A stretch of DNA of 64,000 nt from the sequence record MH752840.1; one strand, given 5' to 3'. A program made the position numbers and the translations under genes. Below are positions 46,251 through 55,933 of this stretch, piece after piece (positions within the stretch are counted from its first letter, which is position 1; every line of letters starts with the position of its first letter). Under the pieces are notes generated by a model. That model had not been told where the DNA came from. It worked only from the letters and a program-made list of their open reading frames with translations, and ran no database searches. This DNA is from Escherichia phage vB_EcoM-Pr121LW.

Positions 46251-47807
46251 GTGTCCAAAAAGAACCGCAGGAAACACAACGCCACAGCCAAAACTGTGAA
46301 TAAATCTGGGAACGCAGGCGCACCAACTCATAATGTTCGTATGAGTGAGATCGGTTCTGGCGCACTTTCCCAAATTATGGCAGAATCGCAATCTATGATG
46401 GTTGAGGAATTGCGTTGGCCTCAGCTGATTGCCACAGTGGAGACTATGAAATGTGATTCCACAGTTGCTACTGCCTTAGATACAAAATACGTTTTCATCA
46501 CGAAAGCATTTAATGATTTTAAGATCCTTTATAATGTTAAAAGTGAAGACTCTAAGAAAGCTGCCGAGCTTATAGAGTATTCTTTGCGTAATTTGGCAAA
46601 CCAACAAACCCTTCGGGATATTGCAAGAAGCGCAGCTACCTTTAACGAGTATGGTTTTTCACTGTTTGAGAAAGTATACCGCAGAGAGAAAGAAGGTAAA
46701 TATGCTGGGATGCTTCTTATTGATAAAATTGCATTCCGACCTCAGGCCAGTCTGTCTAGATCAGAGCCGTTTGTCTTTGACAAGAATAGTAGAACGCTGA
46801 CAGGTATTTATCAGTCACCTAATGCATTTCTAAACACTCAGAATGCACGCTGGGCTGGACCTCTTGCTGCAATGCCTTCAAAAGGCTTTAATGAGCCTGA
46901 AATTTTCATCCCTGCTAAAAAGCTTATGCTCATGACCCTGTCAGGAACAGAATCTAACCCTGCAGGTGTGTCACCTATGATAGGTTGCTACAGATCTTTC
47001 CGTGAGAAAGTTCTGATTGAAAACCTTGAGGTTGTTGGCTGTTCCAAAGACCTTGGTGGTGTACTTGAGCTGAAAATTCCTTCCAATATTTTGAACAAGG
47101 CCAGCATTGACCCGAATTCAATGGAAGGGAGAATGGTTGCAGATCTTATGCTTGACGCAGCAAACGCCCATAGTGGTGAGCAAAGTTTCTTTATACTTCC
47201 GTCTGATAGAGATAAGTCTGGTAAAGAGCTTTACTCCATGACCCTGAAGGGGGTTGACGGTATGGGTAAGCAGTATTCCACTAAAGATTTGATTGATGCC
47301 CGTAAGAAGGCGATTCTTGACCGTTTCGGTGCTGGCTTTATTAACCTCGGTAACGATAACGTTGGATCCTTCTCTCTGTCTGAGTCAAAACAGTCTATCC
47401 ATGGTCATTTTGTTCAGCGTGATATAGATATTATCACTGAAGCCTTCAATAAAGATCTTATTCCACAGCTTCTGGCATTGAATGGTATCATCCTTGAAGA
47501 TGATGATATGCCTAAACTGAAACCTGGTCTGATTGAAGAGGTGGACATGGAGAGCTTCTCCAAGTTTGTCCAGAGGATCGGTGCTGTAGGTTACTTGCCA
47601 AAAACTCCTGCAGTAATTAATAAGATTCTTGAAGTAGGTGGGTTTGATGAAAGATTTGACGAGGACATGGATCAGGAAGAGCTGATGAAGCTCTTGGGCC
47701 AGGACATCAGTAGAGCTGGTGATGGAATGGCTGCAGGATCCACTGGTAACGGCACTTCTAAGATGTCATCAACCAGAGATAATTCCATATCCAACATGGA
47801 AAATTAA
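46251..47807 (+). CDS. putative portal protein (GTG start)
   Basis: 518 aa, immediately downstream of terminase; position and size only. Confidence 0.45.
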   Translation: MSKKNRRKHNATAKTVNKSGNAGAPTHNVRMSEIGSGALSQIMAESQSMMVEELRWPQLIATVETMKCDSTVATALDTKYVFITKAFNDFKILYNVKSEDSKKAAELIEYSLRNLANQQTLRDIARSAATFNEYGFSLFEKVYRREKEGKYAGMLLIDKIAFRPQASLSRSEPFVFDKNSRTLTGIYQSPNAFLNTQNARWAGPLAAMPSKGFNEPEIFIPAKKLMLMTLSGTESNPAGVSPMIGCYRSFREKVLIENLEVVGCSKDLGGVLELKIPSNILNKASIDPNSMEGRMVADLMLDAANAHSGEQSFFILPSDRDKSGKELYSMTLKGVDGMGKQYSTKDLIDARKKAILDRFGAGFINLGNDNVGSFSLSESKQSIHGHFVQRDIDIITEAFNKDLIPQLLALNGIILEDDDMPKLKPGLIEEVDMESFSKFVQRIGAVGYLPKTPAVINKILEVGGFDERFDEDMDQEELMKLLGQDISRAGDGMAAGSTGNGTSKMSSTRDNSISNMEN

Positions 47808-47827
47808 AAATTATCAACACAGGGGGG

Positions 47828-47856
47828 TTGCAAAACCTCCTTTGGCGTGATAAAAT
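47828..47856 (+). promoter_or_regulatory. sigma70-like promoter TTGCAA-17-TAAAAT
   Basis: Hexamers with 17-nt spacer; the track TTG start at 47828 is the -35. Confidence 0.45.
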
Positions 47857-47875
47857 AATCCACATGGGGAATAAG

Positions 47876-48295
47876 ATGCCACAGGAAGAAATGATTTCCT
47901 ACGAAATCATCTACGAACCTGACACTAAAGATGCTCACGGTGAGTGGATGAGTAAAGACACCATCAAAAAGGCTAAAGATAACTGGGACGCAGCATACGC
48001 CGCAGGCCTAGTTTCTGAGAACCTTTTCCACTTGACCTCTACAGATGCTTTCACCATTGAAAAGACGTGGATTCAAGAAGAGTTTGATGTTGTAGTGATT
48101 GGCACTGAGCAGGTCATCAAGGCTGGCTCTTGGGTTGCTAAAGTTAAATACAATAATCCTGAATTATGGGAAGCTAAGAAGGCTGGCATTGTTGGTGGCC
48201 TAAGCATTCAGGCAACAGGTAATGTTGATGAAGAAACTGGTGAAATTACCAACGTAAACTTCGGGATCAGTGTTGTAGAAGAGGGCAATGAATAA
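47876..48295 (+). CDS. hypothetical head morphogenesis protein (possible prohead protease)
   Basis: GGGGA RBS then ATG (MPQEEM...); lies between portal and scaffold. Confidence 0.35.
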   Translation: MPQEEMISYEIIYEPDTKDAHGEWMSKDTIKKAKDNWDAAYAAGLVSENLFHLTSTDAFTIEKTWIQEEFDVVVIGTEQVIKAGSWVAKVKYNNPELWEAKKAGIVGGLSIQATGNVDEETGEITNVNFGISVVEEGNE

Positions 48296-49272
48296 TGTCT
48301 GAAAAAACGATTACTATTAAAGAGAAGGGGATTGCCCTGTGCCACAAGGCGCAAGGCTATAGCGCTAACAACAGACCTGTATCTCTTTTGATGAAGAGTG
48401 ATCTTAAGCCTGAGCAGTTAACAGACGATATTGTTAAGGCACTTCGTCAAGTTACTGTGGAGCTTAGTTTTGAAGAATACCTGCGTCGTTTCTTCGATAT
48501 GTGGTATGATGATGCTAAAGCACTTGCACATATGCTTGGCTTTGAGATTGAAGAAGAGGCTTGGGCTAAAGAGCATCCTGATTGGGAATGGGCGCAAGCT
48601 GACGCAGAGTCTTGTATTGCATGGCTGGAAGAGCGTTGTGATAACGTGACCATTCATAAAGCTGCAAAAGAAGGCAAGCAGCTTAGTGTGGTAGATCAGT
48701 ACAGTCTGTTAAAAACACAACAGATTTTTGAACAAGTAACCGCTGATCTCTTCGATAAAGAAGGGAACCTGATTAAGGCGGTACAGGAACCTGCTGAGGT
48801 GGATAAAACTACCGAGGTGGATGATGTTGCAAAATCCGCAAATACCGAGGAGAATCCGGTGGACGTAACCAAAACTAAAGAGTATCTGGATCTGCTGAAG
48901 CAAGTAGAAGAGCTGAAAGCAACCCAGAGTAAAGCTGAAGAAATCATCAAGGCCCAAGTTGAAGTTGAAAAAGCTAAAATGCTGACTAAGGCTCAAGCTT
49001 TAAGCTTTGTTGGTGAAGAAGATCATGCAACCCTGGTTGACTTCATGCTGGAAAAAGCTAACGAACCTATCGTAGCTATGCTGGAGAAAGCTCAAGCCAA
49101 AATTAAAGAGCTGGAAGCAGAGGTGCATAAAACCAAAGAAGAGTTTGCCACCACTGAACATGGTAATGATGGCGAACCTGTTGTGGATGATATTGCAAAA
49201 TCCGCAGAAGAAATTCTTGCTGAAAACGTTGCAAAAGCACTTGCTCGTGCACGTGCAGAATCTGCCAAATAA
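48295..49272 (+). CDS. putative scaffolding protein
   Basis: Acidic, helix-rich, coiled-coil-like; between portal and capsid genes. Confidence 0.4.
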   Translation: MSEKTITIKEKGIALCHKAQGYSANNRPVSLLMKSDLKPEQLTDDIVKALRQVTVELSFEEYLRRFFDMWYDDAKALAHMLGFEIEEEAWAKEHPDWEWAQADAESCIAWLEERCDNVTIHKAAKEGKQLSVVDQYSLLKTQQIFEQVTADLFDKEGNLIKAVQEPAEVDKTTEVDDVAKSANTEENPVDVTKTKEYLDLLKQVEELKATQSKAEEIIKAQVEVEKAKMLTKAQALSFVGEEDHATLVDFMLEKANEPIVAMLEKAQAKIKELEAEVHKTKEEFATTEHGNDGEPVVDDIAKSAEEILAENVAKALARARAESAK

Positions 49273-49292
49273 GACATTAACGGGGGAAATAA

Positions 49293-49682
49293 ATGATTAC
49301 CGCTCAATATTCTGATATCGTGCTCGGCAAAGTTGATTCTAGCGATGCTGGCTACAATTTTAAAGAGATTAAGGTAACACTGACAGAGCATCACCACGCT
49401 GGCACTGTTGTAACAAAAACAGGTACCATCGCTAACGCAGACGGTTCTGATGTGTACGGCGTTCTTGTTGACCGTGCTCTTGTCAAAGATGCTGGTACGG
49501 TTCATCTTGCAAAACCTTTAGAAGTAGGTCAATCCTATAACCTGGTTGTTGCCGTCCATGGTGTTACCTTTGCAAAAGACATGCTGTTAGGTGCAGGTGG
49601 AACTAAAGCAGACCAAAGAATTCTGGATAAGTTGGAAGCTTTAGGTAACAAAGTTCACGTCCAGACTCTTGGTGATGAGTAA
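49293..49682 (+). CDS. hypothetical head protein (possible decoration protein)
   Basis: ORF with GGGGGA RBS; strong codon bias. Confidence 0.35.
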   Translation: MITAQYSDIVLGKVDSSDAGYNFKEIKVTLTEHHHAGTVVTKTGTIANADGSDVYGVLVDRALVKDAGTVHLAKPLEVGQSYNLVVAVHGVTFAKDMLLGAGGTKADQRILDKLEALGNKVHVQTLGDE

Positions 49683-49730
49683 GCCCTAAATTGTTCGGGA
49701 AAATATTTAAGTTTTACTTTGGAGAAATAA

Positions 49731-50741
49731 ATGATTACTCGTAAAGATGAATTTGGCATTGTTGATTTAGGTGCTACTCTGGACCTTGTTCCGCGCCAAT
49801 TCCGACTGATTACCGGTATGGATCTGTTCGAAACCCGTCTCGGCACCTCAACGATTGCTCAGATCGAGCGTGTTGATGAAGTTGTAACCGACATTCCGGC
49901 ACGCCGTCGTGGTGGTGAGCGTAACTACGTTGGTAATGAACGTGCTCAGGTTAAAAACCTGAACATCCCGTTCTTCCCTCTGGACAAAGGCATCACCGCC
50001 GCAGATGTTCAGAACTTCCGTCGTTACTTCACCCCTGATGCTCCGAAAACTGTTCAGGACGTAGTAACCCGAGTTGTTCGCCGTATCCGTGTTTCCCATG
50101 AAGCACTGCGTGAGAAAGCGCTGTTCCAGGCTATTCTGGGTAAATCCTATGCACCTGGTGACGCTACCTGCCAGTATGATTACTACACTCTGTGGGGTGT
50201 GTCTCAGAAATCTGTAGAAATCGATCCAGCAAAAGCAGATCAGGACCCGATGGAAGTTCTGGAAGACGCTCGTCTGCATATCGCTCTGCAAGCTGGTGAC
50301 AACGCTGCTGGCTACCGTATCGTGGCTCTGTGCTCTCCTGAGTTCTTCAGTGCAGTCACTCACCACCCGCTGGTAGAGCTGGCATACACCTACTACGGCT
50401 CTGCTCAGGAACCTCTGCGTCGTCGTCTGGGTGCTGGCGGTCAGGACAGCGTTTATCGTGTGTTCGAACATAAAGGTATCACCTTTATCGAAGATATCTC
50501 TGGCAATATTCCTAAGAAAGAAGCTCGCATTCTGCCGATGGGTATTGATCAGATGTTCCAGCTGCACTTTGCTCCGGCAGATGATGTTAACGAAGCAAAT
50601 ACCCCAGCACAGGAACTGTATATGTGGTATAAACACTCTGCATACCTGCGTGAAGAGAAGATTGAATCTGAAACTTCTATGCTGGCAGTTAACACCCGTC
50701 CAGAGCTGGTTGTTAAAGCAACTCTGAAAGGTGGTGAATAA
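49731..50741 (+). CDS. putative major capsid protein
   Basis: 336 aa; codon usage shifts to CTG/CGT/GGT-type codons; strong terminator downstream. Confidence 0.5.
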   Translation: MITRKDEFGIVDLGATLDLVPRQFRLITGMDLFETRLGTSTIAQIERVDEVVTDIPARRRGGERNYVGNERAQVKNLNIPFFPLDKGITAADVQNFRRYFTPDAPKTVQDVVTRVVRRIRVSHEALREKALFQAILGKSYAPGDATCQYDYYTLWGVSQKSVEIDPAKADQDPMEVLEDARLHIALQAGDNAAGYRIVALCSPEFFSAVTHHPLVELAYTYYGSAQEPLRRRLGAGGQDSVYRVFEHKGITFIEDISGNIPKKEARILPMGIDQMFQLHFAPADDVNEANTPAQELYMWYKHSAYLREEKIESETSMLAVNTRPELVVKATLKGGE

Positions 50742-50765
50742 TCACTGAGGTGATTCATCCCATAT

Positions 50766-50798
50766 GGGGAGGGGGTTCTCCCCCTCCCCTTTTTATTT
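50766..50798 (+). terminator. rho-independent terminator
   Basis: Perfect 10-bp stem GGGGAGGGGG/CCCCCTCCCC with TTCT loop then TTTTT. Confidence 0.8.
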
Positions 50799-50822
50799 AT
50801 TAGGGTTTAACAGGAGTGCCCC

Positions 50823-51653
50823 GTGAAGAGAGCCGTATATCCAGTTGAGTATGATCCTCTATTAAGAGTTTTCAACAATCAGTTAAGTTTTTATCAATTT
50901 TTAGCACAATATAATCCAGAAATCAATGTTGGTTTATCAGCCCTTCTGCCACCAACAGAATTCGTTATTGGCAGTGTTCACTATCCATGTAGAACGATTG
51001 TAGACTTCTTCGAGAAGATTGCAAAACATACAGGCCTGCCAATTGATACTGGTATTTCAACTATCCGTATGGGTGTTATTCTTCTGTTCTTCACAGAAAA
51101 CCTTGATGAAAGCACTTTAACACTTCAAAGTGGTGATGTCAACATTACACTTACCCCTTCAGTGTTTAAAGAGGTAGATGCTGCTTTCAAGGTTTCCGTG
51201 GCAGAGGGCCATCTATGGGACCCTGCAGGAATGCCTAAAAAAGTGACCATAAACGATGAGCAATGCAACATTGTTTATGAAGAAGATACCCAAACTTTCA
51301 CCATTGAGTGGCCTAAGAAACGTTCTCAGGTTATAAATCTGGGTTTGACTTCTACAGTAGCACCTGAACCAGAACCTGAGCCTGAACCTGAACCAGAGCC
51401 TGAGCCGCCTGGAGAGGGTGACGGTGAAGGTCCTGCAGCAGATCCACAAGATGTGGCTGTAGCCTCTTTCGCATCTGCAGCTGTTGAGAATAAGGATGAA
51501 ATCCTTAAACAGGCCGCAGCTCTTAACAACGAAGATGACAAAAGTGGTTCAAAAGATGCACTCCAAACCTTCGCTAAAGAGTACGGTGTTACCTTAAGTA
51601 AGGCAAAAACTTTCCAAAATATGATGAAAGATTTTGAGGCTGCACTGGCATAA
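50823..51653 (+). CDS. hypothetical head-associated protein with (EP)n linker (GTG start)
   Basis: EPEPEPEPEPEPEPP encoded by GAACCTGAGCCT-type repeats at ~51366-51410. Confidence 0.4.
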   Translation: MKRAVYPVEYDPLLRVFNNQLSFYQFLAQYNPEINVGLSALLPPTEFVIGSVHYPCRTIVDFFEKIAKHTGLPIDTGISTIRMGVILLFFTENLDESTLTLQSGDVNITLTPSVFKEVDAAFKVSVAEGHLWDPAGMPKKVTINDEQCNIVYEEDTQTFTIEWPKKRSQVINLGLTSTVAPEPEPEPEPEPEPEPPGEGDGEGPAADPQDVAVASFASAAVENKDEILKQAAALNNEDDKSGSKDALQTFAKEYGVTLSKAKTFQNMMKDFEAALA

Positions 51654-51662
51654 TTTTGTTAA

Positions 51663-51697
51663 GGCCCCTTCCAAATCAGGAATGGGGCTTTATTTTT
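51663..51697 (+). terminator. putative rho-independent terminator
   Basis: GCCCC...GGGGC stem with long loop followed by TTTATTTTT. Confidence 0.4.
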
Positions 51698-51712
51698 ACG
51701 AGGTATTTTCAA

Positions 51713-52333
51713 ATGGCATGGTATGAAGATGAAGAGATTATCCCGTCCCCGCCTAACCATGATGGTGTAGTCGATACCCCAGCAGAGCCACCAAAAGAAG
51801 ATCCTGTACCTCCGGAACATGATCCAGACCAACCTCTTATTAATATTATGAGGTTGTTGCTTGGCAATGTTGATGAGGAAACCCTCCCTGATGAGGTAAT
51901 TAAAACATTCCTTGACATGGAGAAGTTAAAACTAAATTATCCGGCAGATCCTGATAAGCTTCCCCTACTTAAGTACAATGTGCTTGTGCAGCTTGTGCGG
52001 TGGCTGATGATGCAGGAAGTGTCCAGCGGTAATGCAAGTATAACTTCCCGTCTGGAAAAAATAGGTGATGAGACCATAGAGATTCGTGGTGGATCTTCCT
52101 ACGCCCAATGGAAAGATTTCCTTGATTGGCTGCTGGCACACCCAGACTATGTAGATTCTGAGCTAGATGCTTACAGCAGAATGATTATTATTGGTGGTGT
52201 TCGTGTAGATGAAGGAATTCGGGTTAAATTTAATGAAAACAGCAACGGGCCGTTCGATGTCCAGGGTATTACACCTATCAGTGGTCTAAATAACCAACCT
52301 CCTCGCCACCCAAGACGCAAACGCAGTTTTTAA
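51713..52333 (+). CDS. hypothetical structural protein (start at MAWYEDEE)
   Basis: GAGG RBS; proline/acidic-rich N-terminus. Confidence 0.4.
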   Translation: MAWYEDEEIIPSPPNHDGVVDTPAEPPKEDPVPPEHDPDQPLINIMRLLLGNVDEETLPDEVIKTFLDMEKLKLNYPADPDKLPLLKYNVLVQLVRWLMMQEVSSGNASITSRLEKIGDETIEIRGGSSYAQWKDFLDWLLAHPDYVDSELDAYSRMIIIGGVRVDEGIRVKFNENSNGPFDVQGITPISGLNNQPPRHPRRKRSF

Positions 52334-52339
52334 AAATTG

Positions 52340-52368
52340 TTGCTTTTGATGTATCTTTGTGGTAAAAT
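52340..52368 (+). promoter_or_regulatory. sigma70-like promoter TTGCTT-17-TAAAAT
   Basis: Hexamers with 17-nt spacer upstream of 52387 gene. Confidence 0.4.
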
Positions 52369-52386
52369 ACATTAGTGAGGGATATA

Positions 52387-52845
52387 ATGCTAAAGGTTAA
52401 ATGTCAAACAAGGTTCAACCTAAAGCGTTTAGATAGCTTCTACAAAGAACTTGTGAGACTTGAAAGTAAAACAATAACCTACGGCTTTTATGACGAACCT
52501 CACCCGTCAGGCTTAAATATGGCAACATTGGCAGCCATTCACAACTTTGGTTGGAACGGGCTGCCTGTTCGCAATTTCATGGAGACAGCCTTTGCATTTC
52601 ACAGCACTCAACTGCAGACCTTGACAGAAAAATTGTTGAGAGCTATGGCGAGAGGATCAAGTGCAGAGGCTATTCTTAAGCAGATGGGGGACACAGGGGC
52701 CAAAGCTATCCAGTTTGTTATTGAGGCTGGTCAGTTTAGTAATCCTACTGTTAGTGAGCAGTGGGCACAAGAAAAGGGCTTCAACGAGGCTATGCGGCAT
52801 TACGATGTGCTGCTTGAATCTGCAACCTTTAAAATCGGACAGTAA
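52387..52845 (+). CDS. hypothetical head-tail connector/neck protein
   Basis: ORF in structural module; position. Confidence 0.35.
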   Translation: MLKVKCQTRFNLKRLDSFYKELVRLESKTITYGFYDEPHPSGLNMATLAAIHNFGWNGLPVRNFMETAFAFHSTQLQTLTEKLLRAMARGSSAEAILKQMGDTGAKAIQFVIEAGQFSNPTVSEQWAQEKGFNEAMRHYDVLLESATFKIGQ

Positions 52846-52861
52846 AAATAAGGGGGGTTGA

Positions 52862-53287
52862 GTGGCAGCAGGTTATAAGCTGATAGGAAAGAACAGACTA
52901 ATACCTCGTAAAACATTCAAAGGTCGCCACAGAGTGTATAACAAAACAGTTGGTGGTCCTTTTGTCAACGAGGGGTTAGAGCTTGAGTATGAAGAGTTTG
53001 ATGTCTTAGAGTGTGTTGTGCAGCCGTTGACAGGAAGGGCAGCTAAAGATTACTCCTCTCAAATAAACCCTGAAGGTGACAGACAGTACGAGGCTTTTAC
53101 AGTTTACTCCTCAACCAAGTTGTATAGTCCGGACGAAGGAACATATGCAATGGCTGACCAAATTCAGCTGCCTGACATCCGTGGTGACTTGAAATGGTTT
53201 ACCGTTTTAAAATGCGATGCATATGTTACCTCTGGTGGTGGGAGATATAGATTTTTTGTGGTAGAAGAGCCTGAAGGAGAGAACTGA
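52862..53287 (+). CDS. hypothetical structural protein (GTG start)
   Basis: ORF in structural module. Confidence 0.35.
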   Translation: MAAGYKLIGKNRLIPRKTFKGRHRVYNKTVGGPFVNEGLELEYEEFDVLECVVQPLTGRAAKDYSSQINPEGDRQYEAFTVYSSTKLYSPDEGTYAMADQIQLPDIRGDLKWFTVLKCDAYVTSGGGRYRFFVVEEPEGEN

Positions 53288-53838
53288 TGGAAGCTTTCGA
53301 AAAAGTTTTTTCTGATCTTGAAACAACCATTGCTAAGCTCGTCAAGGTTGCCACAGGAAGAACTGTAGTTCTGGCAGAAAGCTCGACCATACCGAAGCCG
53401 GAAGGTGAGTTTGTACTTTTACAAACCTTGGCGATCAATCCCACCACTTGGGAAGATAATGAGTTTCAAGATGCGGAGGGTAATGCTTACGTCACCCACA
53501 GCTACACTGTTACTTATCTATTAACAGCTTATCGTGGCAGGGCATATGCTGCACTTAGCAGAGTATTGCAAGCAATAAACCTTCCAATGTTTTATGACAA
53601 GTATTTCCCTTTGGGATCGTGCTTTGCCTACTCTAACAATTCAACAATCTCACCTCAAAGAGTGCCGTTGAATAAGCAGACGTATGAAAATAGAGCCACT
53701 GTGATGCTGACATTTAACGTAAGGTTTGTTGAAACAGACATTGGGGCTTTTGAGGATCTTCAGGGAATTAAGGCTGAAATAACCACACACTTCCCTTCAC
53801 CCAATTCTGGTAAAGCGGTTACAGACAGTGGTCAGTAA
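53287..53838 (+). CDS. hypothetical tail completion/terminator-type protein
   Basis: Start overlaps previous stop (ATGA); position before sheath. Confidence 0.35.
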   Translation: MEAFEKVFSDLETTIAKLVKVATGRTVVLAESSTIPKPEGEFVLLQTLAINPTTWEDNEFQDAEGNAYVTHSYTVTYLLTAYRGRAYAALSRVLQAINLPMFYDKYFPLGSCFAYSNNSTISPQRVPLNKQTYENRATVMLTFNVRFVETDIGAFEDLQGIKAEITTHFPSPNSGKAVTDSGQ

Positions 53839-53910
53839 TCGTTATAATTGTGTAGTGTAATGATTACACTGCGTGTTTGATATCCGTGCACAGATATTAA
53901 GAGGAAACAA

Positions 53911-55287
53911 ATGCCATATTTAGATAAAGTGGTAGATGTTACAGTTAACCTCGGAACCCAGCCTATCGACACTGTAGGTTTCGAAACTCCCCTGTTCATC
54001 GCTATCCACAATAACTTTACTGAGCGAGCTCGCGTATATGCGGAGCTGGATCAGATGGTGGAAGATGGTTTCGCACAAGGCTCTGCAGCGTATGAGTTTG
54101 CAGCAAAAGCTTTTGGTGGTGTATTCCCTCCACAATACGTTATGATCGGCAGACAGGCCAAAGAAAAGACCACTGTAGATTTTAAAGGTATTGCTGCCGC
54201 AGCTGATACCGATGTTGTAATGACTATTGCAAAAGGTGACTACAATACTGCCTTGATAGTCCCTATCTCTGGTGGAACAGGGGCAACCCAGATCGCAGAG
54301 GCAATGAAGGAAAAAATTGAGGCTGATGATAGCTTAGACGGTATCACCGTACAGGCCGAAGAAGGTGTTATCACCATCACTGGTGATTGTACTGTTGGTT
54401 ATCATACTGGTAACTACACGATCAAAAACATTGCTAATAGTGAAAAACCTTCTACCGTGATCGACAAGATCAACGCTGAGCAGGATAATTGGTACTTCTT
54501 GTGCCATGAAGACCACACAGATATTGAAGCATGTGCTAAGTGGGCTCAGGCTAACTACAAACTGCATGTCTACTCTACTGCAGAAGATGTGACTGGCAAA
54601 GACAGCAACATTGCCACTAAACTGAAAGCTGCAAAATATGACAGTATTGGTATGTACGACCCTCGCGCCGACAAAGACTTCCCAGAGGGCGGTATTATCG
54701 GTGCTATGGCATCCAACGATCCGTCCTACGGCGACAGCTTACACTTAAAACAGATGCCTGGTGTTCTTGCACCATCCCTGACCTTGACCCAGCGCATGGC
54801 GATTTGGGAGAACAACATTAACTTCTACAGAACAATCAACGGTGTTGGTGCTTTCTGGGAAGGTAAATGTGCTTCTGGTCAGTATGCAGATGCTATCCGC
54901 TTCGCCCACTGGATTAAATTCAGATCCGAAGAGTCTATGTTTGGATACATGCATCGCCGATCTAATATGGGTCTGAGCATGAAGATGTCTGATGATGATC
55001 TTCCGGTTATCAAGTCTGTCCTGATGAACAACCCAATTAATACTGGCATTAAGAATGGTGCGATCCTGACAGGTTTCGACGAAGACAATAATGTATTCTA
55101 CGACCCGATCATCACAGTTCCTAAACGTGCAGAAATCCCAACCAATCAGTTGGCTGCTCGTGTTCTGGAAGGTGTGAAAGTAGAACTGGTGTACAATAAC
55201 GCCCTGCACTTCGTTCGTATCCGGATCAACGTCCTTCTGGACAAAGTTGGTTCTAAATCCACCAATGCTGTTGCAATGACTGAATAA
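53911..55287 (+). CDS. putative tail sheath protein
   Basis: 458 aa; strong codon bias; followed by 157-aa tube candidate, chaperones and tape measure. Confidence 0.45.
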   Translation: MPYLDKVVDVTVNLGTQPIDTVGFETPLFIAIHNNFTERARVYAELDQMVEDGFAQGSAAYEFAAKAFGGVFPPQYVMIGRQAKEKTTVDFKGIAAAADTDVVMTIAKGDYNTALIVPISGGTGATQIAEAMKEKIEADDSLDGITVQAEEGVITITGDCTVGYHTGNYTIKNIANSEKPSTVIDKINAEQDNWYFLCHEDHTDIEACAKWAQANYKLHVYSTAEDVTGKDSNIATKLKAAKYDSIGMYDPRADKDFPEGGIIGAMASNDPSYGDSLHLKQMPGVLAPSLTLTQRMAIWENNINFYRTINGVGAFWEGKCASGQYADAIRFAHWIKFRSEESMFGYMHRRSNMGLSMKMSDDDLPVIKSVLMNNPINTGIKNGAILTGFDEDNNVFYDPIITVPKRAEIPTNQLAARVLEGVKVELVYNNALHFVRIRINVLLDKVGSKSTNAVAMTE

Positions 55288-55297
55288 GGAAGCCTAG

Positions 55298-55771
55298 ATG
55301 GAAACTCAAATTTTAACTCCTTATGCGTATGACCCTAAAAAGGTCAAACTGTATCTGATGCAGCAGCGTGTCACTGGCTTCGCTGCTGACACCAAGATTG
55401 TTGTTTCAAGAAACGAAGACAACATTTATCCTCACGTCGGTGTGGATGGTGAAATGTCTGCGGCTCTGTCCCGTAACCAATCTGGTGTTATGACTGTGTC
55501 TTTGCAGAACACTTCTGTATGGAACGCTTACCTTTCTGACTGGCAGAAACAGGCATCGATTACTGGTCTGGTATTCTTCCCAGTTCTGCTGGAAGGTAGC
55601 CAGGGCCCTGGTATTTCCACAATTGGTTGGATCCAGAAACAGCCTGACCTGACTTACGGAACCGAAGTAGGTCAGCTGGACTGGGATATCGGTATTCTGG
55701 ATGCATGGCTCAACCGTGATAACATCACTGGTGCTCTTACTGGCCTCGCAGGTCTTGCAGGTATTATCTAA
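55298..55771 (+). CDS. putative tail tube protein
   Basis: 157 aa, strong codon bias, terminator downstream. Confidence 0.4.
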   Translation: METQILTPYAYDPKKVKLYLMQQRVTGFAADTKIVVSRNEDNIYPHVGVDGEMSAALSRNQSGVMTVSLQNTSVWNAYLSDWQKQASITGLVFFPVLLEGSQGPGISTIGWIQKQPDLTYGTEVGQLDWDIGILDAWLNRDNITGALTGLAGLAGII

Positions 55772-55788
55772 GGGCACACTTTAGCATA

Positions 55789-55815
55789 AGCCTCACCTTC
55801 GGGTGGGGCTTTTTG
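55789..55815 (+). terminator. rho-independent terminator
   Basis: CCTCACC-TTCG-GGTGGGG hairpin then CTTTTT. Confidence 0.65.
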
Positions 55816-55861
55816 CTTTTATGGTTTTGACACACGTTCTTGAATTGCTTGAAAGGTTAAA

Positions 55862-55890
55862 TTGACAATGCACCATAATCATGGTAAAAT
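55862..55890 (+). promoter_or_regulatory. sigma70-like promoter TTGACA-17-TAAAAT
   Basis: Consensus hexamers with 17-nt spacer upstream of tail chaperone gene. Confidence 0.5.
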
Positions 55891-55933
55891 ACACAAATAT
55901 GGTGCACAACATGACTAATAAGGATGCTATAAA

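Noticed and set aside
48696-49505. Minus-strand ORFs 48696-48950, 48709-48996 and 49092-49505
   Set aside because: Antisense to the scaffold and head genes in a unidirectional operon; serine/cysteine-rich translations.
49848-50636. 262-aa ORF on the minus strand
   Set aside because: Antisense to the major capsid gene, whose sense strand has strong codon bias and its own RBS and terminator; odd composition.
51326-51541. 71-aa minus-strand ORF with a GSGSGS repeat
   Set aside because: Mirror image of the sense-strand EPEPEP repeat.
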